A stretch of DNA of 64,000 nt from Aplysia californica. Lineage: Eukaryota. Below the pieces are notes generated by a model that was not told where the DNA came from, did no database searches, and worked only from the letters and a program-made list of their open reading frames with translations. The position numbers were made by a program, and so were the translations under genes. Shown here piece after piece: positions 49,394-58,858 of this stretch. The stretch covers positions 963,013 through 1,027,012 of the forward strand of contig NW_004797490.1 in assembly GCF_000002075.1 (NCBI RefSeq), given 5' to 3'. The first letter of the stretch is position 1. Every line of letters starts with the position of its first letter.

Positions 49394-52300
49394 CTAGTAT
49401 CTGTAAAGCATGGTGCGATAAGGGTCCTGCATCTGACTCTCTGGGACAGCTGACCGACTCATGAGGTCACGCTCCTGAGTGCCTGTGGTTGATGTGGCGT
49501 GAGCATGACTGAGTTTGGAGGCACCTGGGTACTGGCGATCCTCTATGAAAGGGTATGGAGTGTTCTGGTGTGGATAGAAGCCGCGGTGTGCAGCCGCAGC
49601 AGCATAGTCTCTCTCCAACATGGCGTGTTGTGCTGTCGTCGGGTGGCTGAGGAAAGCACTGTTCACATTGTCCGACACATGCTGGCCATACGCTGCTGTG
49701 CCTGCGTACAGGTTGAAGCCACTGTTCACACCAATGCTGGAGAACATGTCTGTTGATGCAGTAGTTGGGGGCAAAGCCCGGAAGTCTTGGATGGCTGCCG
49801 TGGCAGCCGCTGCCGCTGTCTGGCGGTAGCGCTCATCAAAGGGTTTGGGTGCCGTTGGGTGTGCAGATCGCGTGTAGTCCAGGGACCCCGGTGAGCCAGA
49901 GTAAGGAGTCATGGCATTGGGGAAATAGTTGCTCAGATCAAAACGATCCAGCTGAAAAGAGTCCTGGGTTTGAGATGAAGGCAGACAAGGGAACATTCCA
50001 CGTTCAGTTGAGGTCCTAGCTGAGGGGTCAAACATAAAGTCCCGACTGCCCAGATAATTCTCTTTGCTGGGAAAGAATGGATTACTTGCAGTTGCCATGT
50101 TAGGTTGCCTCTGTAGGTACGGATTCTGCCAGTGTGTCGGCCTACCATCCTGACCAGTCCAGGCATTAGAGAATGGATGTCGTGGCATTGCCTGGGGCAT
50201 GGGTGGTGCTGGGAACATCTCTGACCCTGGCATGGTAGTTGTGCGACGCAACAAGGAGCTGGAGGTGCTAGAACGCAGAGGAGTCGAGTCTGGTATGCGT
50301 GACAGGCTGCTGCGTTCTGTTGGCTGTGGGGTCAGGAACGGTGTAGTCATGGCTTGTCGCGGGAACATGGCCTCCGCCATAAAGCTGTTTGTTACCGGTG
50401 GGCCAGAGAACAGGTTGTCTGGTTGACGCAGGTACGAACTCTCTCTACTGCCAGGCACTGTTGCTGCTGAGTGTAGTGAGTTCAGGGATGAAAATGTGTC
50501 AAAGGCAGGAGGAGGAGGAGGAGCCCCCACATTGGGAGCGAGAGGCGTGGCTGTCTGTCTCTCTGGAAGACGAGGCAATGCCGACGCTGTATCTCGGGGG
50601 TAAAATGACTCGTGATGCCGTTCTGAAGCGGCCAGGGCATCCATTCGACTACGAAGATCTGCAGGTGCCAAGGATGGGAGGGTACCATCAAGATTGGAGG
50701 TTATAACAGAGGTGGGAAGGCCAGTAGCAGGAGACTTTGTCATTTCCCTAGACCCGGGCCCAGACTTGTCCACCATGGCCTCTAGCTGTTGCAAGCCACC
50801 AGGGGAGGGTACCATACTAGCTCCTCGTGTGTGTGTCAGAGACTTCAGATACTCGTCAAAGTACTCTTTGGCAGCCTCTGTGGTTTGCTGTGAGTGTTCT
50901 GGCAGAGGCTGTGGGGGCAGGCTGTAACTGCTCGTGTCTGGCAGAGAGCTGCTGCCATCCCTCACGACACCCTCGGGGGTCTGCTCAGCACTAACGACCC
51001 GCTCCGGCTGAGACCTGGGCTCTGGGATTGAGCCATGGGAGTGCTGCATCTCAACTGAGCCAAGCGGCTGCTGCATCTCCACTGAGCCTTGGGGCCGACT
51101 CTCCATTCCACCATGGCTGGCCATGTCCATGGAGCTGTGTGAATGCATTTCCACCGAGCCATGAGGGTGATTCGTCTCCACAGAACCATGGTGAGGCATT
51201 TCCACTGAGCCCAAAGGCTGCTGTGCGTCTACTGAGCCGGCTGAGTGTAGATTCTCCATAGACGGCACAGAGGGCACTGCGGACATGGGAGCCTCCTCTG
51301 AATGGACTGAATGCTGCTGGACCAGATTAGTTGGGGGCGGCACGGAGAACGGTGTATTGGGACCTGGCACAGAAAATGGTGTGTTTGGCCCAGGGACGGA
51401 GAAAGGTGCAGGCTCTGGGTCTTCCTGCTCCATCTCATCCTCTGAGCTCTCTGGGGGCGGTGGAGCCGGGGCACGTGGTGGTGTCAGGGGGATATCATTG
51501 CTAACTTCATCGTCGTCACTCTCTTCCACCGCATAAGAGGTGGCTTCATCTACAATTTCCTCTTCCACGTTATTCACCATCTGCTCTTCTTCTGGAGCTT
51601 TAGCCTCCTCAGAGTCTGCCTGATCTTCAAGACTCTCTGGCTGTGGACATGGGCTCGGAGATCTCCCTTCATCTTCCTTCTCAGTCTCCACTGGCATATT
51701 CTCTTCCTCGAGATTGTCTGCATCTGAAAAGTCCCGGTAGGGGCTTGCCACACCCTGTATCATGTTCTCTTCACTGTACTCTGGTGAAGCTGGCCTTGAA
51801 GACGCCACTTCTTCGGGTCTGGAGGGCACTTCTACTGGGGGGTCAGGTTGAGATTCTGTTTCAACAACTTCCTCTTCTGCCTCTTCCTCCAACTCCACCT
51901 CCTTCTGTACAACAGCAGGTTCTTCTGTTTTTTCTACATTTTCCTTGGTTTCTTCTGCTTCTTCTTTTTCTTCTTTTGTTTCTTCCTCCTTTTCTTTATC
52001 CTTTGTTGGTCCCCTTTTACGCCCTGGCCTTTTCTTTACAATTACTTTCTGCATTGATTTCTTCTTTTTTGCAGTTTTAGGAGACTTTGTGGATTTTTTT
52101 GCAAGAGCTTTTTTCGCTTTGATTCTGGCACTAGGTTTCCTTTTGGGAGGTGTTTTCTTCTTCAGTTTACTCACCGAAGCCACTTTTTTCACAATCGCTG
52201 GGGATTTTCTTGCAGCCAAACGAGGAGAACTGACAGGTCCTGCTGGAGGTTCTGAGGTATTCGGCTTTTTAGGGGAGATCTTTTTCTTCTTTGGGGGGGA

Positions 52301-53586
52301 GCCGGCCATTTTATTGTCTTCAGCATTCTTGGACTTGTCGACAGACACATCACTACCTCTTTTCCTCTTGCCCTTTACAGTTTTGATGGGTTCGGACTTC
52401 TTCTCCACAACATCACTGTCTCCTCGAGCAGGAGACTTCTTTCTTCTAGGAGATTTTTTACCAGAACTTGGATCCGGATGTTCTGCCACCTTTTCAACTT
52501 TCTCCTTCGCTTGTCTCTTTTCTTTCTCTTCCAATTTTTGTTTCTTTTTCTTTTCAATTTCTAACATTTTCTCCTCTTTTTCTAGCCTTGCCTTTTCCTT
52601 AATTTCTTCTTTCTCTTTTACCTTCATTTCTATTTTTGCTTTTCTTTCCTGTTCTTTTTGGGCAGCCTTTTCCTCTTTTTGTTTCTTCAGCAGTTCCAAT
52701 TTTTCTTGCCTTTCCTTCTCCTTCAACTCAGCTTTTTCTTGTTTTGCTTGCTCCTTCTTCTCAGCCTTTTCTTTCTTCTCTTTTTCCTTCTGTTCCGTTT
52801 TTTCTTTTTTCTCTAGTTCTTTTTTTTCTGCCTTCTCCTTTTTCTCTTGCTCTTTCTTCTCTAACCTCTCTTTCTTTTCAAGTTCTTTTTTATCCGCCTT
52901 CTCGATCTTCTCCTTCTCCTTTTTCTCCTGCAACTCATTCTTCCTCAAAAGCTCTTTAGGTGGTGGTGGAAGGGGGGTGAGGACCGTGAGAGCCACTTTG
53001 TCCCGTCGAAAGTTGCCAGGAGACTCTTCCTCCGATTCATCATCACTCTTGAACTCGTACAAGTCCTTGGGCCCCCGAAACTCTGGGCTGTTCATACTTT
53101 CTCGCACTGGGTCCAAAGCAGTGACTGTTTCCATCGCCTCTTGCTCAATATCTTCCGCAACATGGTGCTGACCAGGAGCCTGACTTTCTGGGGTCACTTC
53201 TCCTGCCCCTGAGGTAACTGAGGGAGGAATGTTCCCCGACTCATTCAAACCAGTCTCAGCAGCAACTTTTGTTGTCGAAGGTGTGGCTGGCGAGTCTCTT
53301 GCCTTGTCTACACTGTCTGGCACCTGATTGGATGAATCGCTGCTGGCCTCTGAAGAGCCAGGTCTACTGCCAGGGTCTGAGCGGCGAGGCAAGGCCGAAG
53401 TATCGATAACCTGATGTACCCTCTTCTTGTGCCAGAACAACGAATTCCGCTGCTTACACTTGAAGTCACAGAGGTGGCACTGCACCGGCTTCTCGTTGGT
53501 GTGACTGCGAAAATGTACTTTGAGATTGTCTGCATGACGGAAAGATTTGCTGCAGCCGGGCCAAGTGCAGTGGTAGTTGCGTTCTC
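49394..53586 (-). CDS. Zinc-finger protein coding exon 4 (fingers 11-12, KE-rich, basic, acidic and Pro/Ser-rich C-terminal regions); total protein about 2,670 aa
   Basis: ttcgttgttccAG|GAGAACGC acceptor restores the HTG|ERNY linker in phase 1. Continues CTWPGC..HFRSH TNEKPV QCHLCDFKCKQRNSLFWHKKRVH into the 1363-aa ORF, ending at TAG 49396-49394. Confidence 0.94.
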
Positions 53587-56459
53587 CTGGAACAACGAAA
53601 AAACAATGATTCGATTAATAACAATGCATGACACTGTTTGGGTTGACTCTTTATCTACGAGGGGGGTAAACCCACTATGCCTGGGGCTTGTTTTTGGTAC
53701 TAAATCTAAAGATAAAAGACTTATTTTGATAGTTCTTCATCTAACGAATGATATCCTGATAAAAGAGACCTGTTTTCGGCAATTGCCGAAAAGTAATTTG
53801 ATGTTAAAGTCATCGTAAAGGAAAGTGCCGGAGCCGCTCCCAGCGGCTCACTTGCACAGTGGTACCAACCGCGAGCCACTGGGAACGGCTTGCCGGAGAT
53901 AAAAGAGTTAAAGAGAAGGAGAAAAGTACAAACAATGTCATCTATTACTGGAAAAAGTTTGCGGCTCGCGAACATGGCCTCGCCGGATCGAGAGCCGCAA
54001 AATATGGCTCGAGTGGCTCGCTATCTATTCCAATCCAGTAATGAAAAAATACAAAATTCTTAGCCAATCGACTTTAAAAAAATAATAGAATAGACTTCCT
54101 GTTAGCGGATATGAAAGAAAATATAGCACTGACAGACAATTTTCAGTCATTTCAGCACTTTTTTCTGTCCCCTTTGAAATGAAAAAATGAAAAAATGAAA
54201 AGAAAAGTGCTCCCCTGACTTCAGTATGTCTCATATTTTCACTTCTATAATAGGCACACATGAATAACTTTCAACTTGAACATTTCTTTGCATTGCTTGA
54301 GGCAACCTACCTGTTTGAATAATGCTGTTGTACTTTTATCATTATGACCTTTCAAAGCTGGAAAATTGTTGACTTCATATGATTCCTTTGATATTGCATA
54401 ATCACTTTTAGTAACCCCAAAATAATGTAATGGAAAAAATCTTCAATATGGTATCACCATCTGATGGATTACTTTTTTACCTTCAGTTTGATGTGCCATA
54501 TATGGTAGGTGTGTATTTAGTAGGATGTTTTGACACTTTCCTTTGGTGGGGTAGGGGTGTAAAAATAGGTCAGGGAAAAGCCCTGGGCTAGTGGTGGATT
54601 TTGGCCTGGTAGGAAAAAAGTTAAGAGCAACAAAGCTGAACTGCCAATTCTTCTGTCTCACCTTTCACCCTAAAGCGAATTTACGTAACAATGTAACCCC
54701 CTTTGACTTTGGAAATCAATTTGCTCTGATAACGAGTATTTTTGCAAAAGAAGAATGGGTAATATAAATTTGAAAACACCTGTTGTAAAATAGAAAAAAA
54801 AACCAGTTATATGGCAAGCTCAAGAAGATAAAGTTCATAAACGAAATGCTGTAATAATGATTTAAAAATACATAGGTCACAAAATGGACGAAATGGGTGT
54901 GCATGGATTCATATACTTTCCAGGTGCTGAAACATAAATATCTATTAAAAGCTTTTCTATTTCATAGAAATGTCCATGAGGGCAATGGTTATGGTACCAC
55001 TCAGTCACATCGAGTTGAAGAATGTCACACTCATGGAAATGTACCCCTTTGGCATGAGCCTCATATTCAAACTAAAAAACTGCAGAATTACTGATCTATG
55101 AAACTGCTGTCATTCATTTTAAAAAATAAGTGCCAATACTTATCGTCTTCAGAAGTGCAAAAGCTTCTCTCAAGATGTACAGTAGTTCTCTTTTCTGTAA
55201 CTTAGCCACTGAAACTGGATTTTACAGGTTACAGGCCAGGCCTATCTATTACACATATGTTAATTGAATAAAACTTTCACGCATCATAATCTGCAGGAAG
55301 AGAAAAAGAGCAGAAAATCCCTTCATTTCTAGCTTTTGACAGATGTGTGTCAAAAACAGTGCCAAGAGACACTGGTCATTGACCCATAGAGCAAACAGTT
55401 CCATGATAAATACACGAATGCCATTTGGATCTCGTGAAAATATCTTAAAATTTGCAAACAAAAAGACACAAATAAATTGGGGTTAAACAGAAAACAATAT
55501 TATTTGAATAATAACTTTTTTGAGAAAATAATTGAAATAACAGAAAAAACGGCACCAATGTAATTATGACAGAAACTTTTCACCTGCATTTAAATGAAGT
55601 GTGTTGTTGGTGCACCATATACAGTGAACTAAATCAGCAGAAAAACTTGTTTAAAACACTAGAGCCTATTCTCGTGTATTAACAGGATATCTCGCTGGCC
55701 ATATCCCTTGTATTTACGGGATGTGCTTTATCGATCGATATCTCCAGTGTTTTTCGGTTACAAGCTACAAGAAGCAGCGAGCCAACAGTTGACCCACTTG
55801 TTTCGCATCACGAAAAATTTGGTGAGGTTATGTGTGATACCCTTCGAGCTGTAACAGATTGAGTCAGTCATCCCTGCACAGCGATAAATGATTTTATTAT
55901 AAATTGAGGGCAAAAAAAAATTGCGTAACCCCCAGACATTGCCATGTCAAAATATTGACAATATACAAACTATTTGGACAAATTAGATGCAGTTTTCTTT
56001 TTCTTTGAGAGCATTTCTTTCTTTCTCTTGTTGCATTTTTCTTTTATTATGATAGACTTCACAGTCTTTTTGTGGTTAACGCTTCCATATACTGTAGAAG
56101 TGTCAGGTTGCAATGGTTGTTACGTTAAAAATAGCTCAGGCTCAAGTGAGTTAAAGTATACTGGAGTGTCCGAAAGTTTGGCTTCATGGCAATCTATTGG
56201 ACTCAGAATCATTATGAATGATGCTAATTCAAGGCACTGATAATATCGCCTCTATTCATTAAAGTAACATGGCACTGTATCAAAAAACAGTATATGATTC
56301 CTGAAAATCAATTTTTAACACAAACCAAGTGGGATCCTGTGCCTTTCAATACACAAATTGAAGCCACATTTTGATTGTTCACCGTAGTACCTGAAATGCT
56401 CATAGAATTTAAAACATCGCTATTACTGAAAGCTAAATTAAAACCAGTTTTATACATAC

Positions 56460-56739
56460 CTGTGTGCGTAATGGCATGGCGTTTCAGATGACTCCGTTTG
56501 AAGAAGGAAAAATTACAACCTTCGACATTGCAGAAAAACTTCTTTGGTACCAGGCGATGAAACTCCTCCTGGTGACTCTTGAGGAACTTTGGTGTACGGA
56601 AACTACGGCTGCAGCCAGGGATGTTACAGGAATACGGCCGAGTAGCAGTGTGTATCAGTTGATGACCTTTCAGAGCACCTGATGTTTTGAAAGTCTTCTT
56701 GCATGTTTCACACGCAAATGGTCGAACCAAAGTATGAAC
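56460..56739 (-). CDS. Zinc-finger protein coding exon 3 (fingers 8-10)
   Basis: tctcatgtcAG|GTTCAT acceptor and acag|GTATGT donor (phase 1). Reads VHTLVRPFACETCKKTF..HQLIH TATRPY CNIPGC..HQEEFH..CNVEGC..HAITHT. Confidence 0.95.
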
Positions 56740-57065
56740 CTGACATGAGAAAATAGTTAAGAGGACTCAGATAATAGAAACTACTGCTGGAACAAACATT
56801 ATTTTTACAAAATAATACAAAACTGGGGAAAGAATACTGTTGCTGAAATGAGCGGTCATATAAGAAACCCTCATACATTTGAACAACGACAAAAGCAAGG
56901 TAAAAATAAAAGATATATATTGTAAAATTATCACAATTTCTTATGCAACCCTACATTTCTGAATGGCCTGTCACCAGTAACAGCTATATGATCTATCTAA
57001 ATCATACAGGAAGCCGATCACTTCGACTTACCTGTCTCGGCCAACCCATGTTGTGTCACAATGTG

Positions 57066-57469
57066 GTTTTTTAAAAAGTTTTATTAGAGGTTTTACGGCG
57101 CTTGCAACTGCACAAGGTCATATGAGCGCCAAAGGGTGGATGTCAACAGAGAAGTCCTTACAGAAAATCAGACTAACTCTGCTCACCTCTCTAGCTTCAA
57201 CAGCACAAAGTCTGCTTCGACTATCAAGGCACCCCGGAAATTGCTGGTCACAAGAATGTGACACACATACAAAAGAAGCAGAGGAAAAAGACGATAGTAA
57301 GGATTAAGAAACAAAAAGCAGCAGTTCCCTGTTGTAGTTCAGGCACAGTTATGAGCATGACATTGTTGGATCAGCCCATTTACAATTCTACTGTGCATTA
57401 GAACGGGAAATGTCCCCCCTTTGGGAATGGCCTAAACACACTTCAGTCAGTGGCACCGCCCTGGGGGGT
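57066..57469 (-). mobile_element. Family C retroposon in zinc-finger gene intron
   Basis: Homologous to 6070-6458 and about 30 bp longer at the 5' end. TSD tcacaatgtg at 57056-57065 and 57470-57479. Confidence 0.82.
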
Positions 57470-57628
57470 TCACAATGTGTAGGATGATGCACAATTCCAG
57501 CAGAAAGAAAAAGATTCAGTAAAGTCTTCCCCCACTTGGGAATCAAACTTTTGTGGCCATAGTGATAATGGAACATCCCCAAAATACCAGTCTTAACTTG
57601 TATGTCTTTAATTTATAATTAAACTCAC

Positions 57629-57820
57629 CTTCCTATGGCGACGCATGTTGTCTTCGGTGGAGAACATTTTACCACAGTCTGGGCACTGCACGTCCCGGTC
57701 CCTTGAGGCATGCATGTTCTTGTGGTGCTTGTGCAAGTTGGCCTTATAGTTGGTGCGATACTCACACAGTTCACACTTGAACCGCTTCGGTTCATCGGGG
57801 AAGTGCGTGTGAAAATGCAC
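57629..57820 (-). CDS. Zinc-finger protein coding exon 2 (64 codons, completes finger 5, finger 6, most of finger 7)
   Basis: ctgtacccAG|GTGCAT acceptor and aag|GTGAGT donor. Reads VHFHTHFPDEPKRFKCELCEYRTNYKANLHKHHKNMH...CPDCGKMFSTEDNMRRHRK and joins its neighbours in frame. Confidence 0.95.
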
Positions 57821-58422
57821 CTGGGTACAGTAAAAATTTGGTTTGCGGTAAAATGAGTATACCAACATAGAATAATAACAGGGGGCTCAGAACAGACAGG
57901 AAAAACAGGAGAAGACGCAGAAGACATAACTAGAGGCTTATAATTCTTTAGACCGGCTGAGAGAAATACATCAGATCAAAATAACAGTAACGCTGAGGAT
58001 AGAAAAAAAAGAAGGAACTAGCGTAGATAGCTTTCCCCCCATCATTTACCACATTCCTATAATAGAAGTAACCCAGTGACCAAGAACAGCCGAGATATAG
58101 CAGGCTAAGCCTAAGCTCATAACCTTGAGCGTAAAAAAAAAAAAGGCACATACATCACTGGCAATTTAACACTGGTCGAAAAGAAAGATGCCATTAGTAG
58201 GACCATCTAGAGACACCAATCAAACCCTACTTGCAAAATGCTAACCAGAAAAGTTTCTACCCCAACCACCCTGAACAAACTCTAATGGCTGATACACCCA
58301 AAACAAACCATAATGTTAAAGGAAGAGGTAAACAATCTCAATTTAAAGCCAGCAAAAATTTTAATCATTTTATCTGTGCAGCTTTGGGTGTTTAAGGGTA
58401 CCATCATGACATGTCCGTGTTT

Positions 58423-58626
58423 TTAGTTTTAGTAGGAGTTTTACGGCACTCCCAAATGCAACACAATAAGGTCATATAAGTGCCGAAGATTAGAGGTGTT
58501 ACAAGAGAGTAACAAACACGAAAAAGAATGAGGGGAGATAGAGACAATAGATTTTTTATAGGAAAGAAGGAGCAAACCACACCAGAGCACCCGCCAACCA
58601 CACCAGAGCACCCGCCAACCACCCAT
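58423..58626 (-). mobile_element. Family B retroposon in zinc-finger gene intron
   Basis: Homologous copy with a tandem duplication at its 5' end. TSD catgtc(c/a)gtgttt on both sides. Confidence 0.85.
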
Positions 58627-58858
58627 CATGTCAGTGTTTGTGCAGTCGGGCACAGATAACTCAAACATGCCGGGGACTGACAAATGTGTTCAAAACATCC
58701 ATTATTCTGGTAAACCGATGTTAAAAAAAAAATAAAGAGATATCAGTTGGGGAATGGCATATTGTACAGGCTATCCGTAACTTTTTATAGTTTTCTGCGA
58801 CGTGTTATCTGTGCCCGACTGTATTGCTAATCTGCCACACTTCGGTAAAATAACATAC

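Noticed and set aside
49346-49396. Stop-codon readthrough of the zinc-finger gene
   Set aside because: The context is TAG ATAG rather than the TGA CTAG readthrough motif, and the extension would be only 11 codons.
52005-52040. AT-hook in KKRPGRKRGP
   Set aside because: It lacks the canonical RGRP core, so it is noted only as part of the basic block.
51945-53171. 408-aa Phe/Ser-rich ORF on the plus strand
   Set aside because: It is the antisense shadow of the Lys/Glu-rich coding region, whose codons rarely give stops on the opposite strand. The same applies to the other short plus-strand ORFs at 49.5-53 kb and 59-62 kb.
53820-54030. GAGCCG/CGGCTC-rich intronic patch as a regulatory element
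   Set aside because: It looks like subterminal repeats of a decayed DNA transposon. I could not define TIRs or a TSD, so it is not called.
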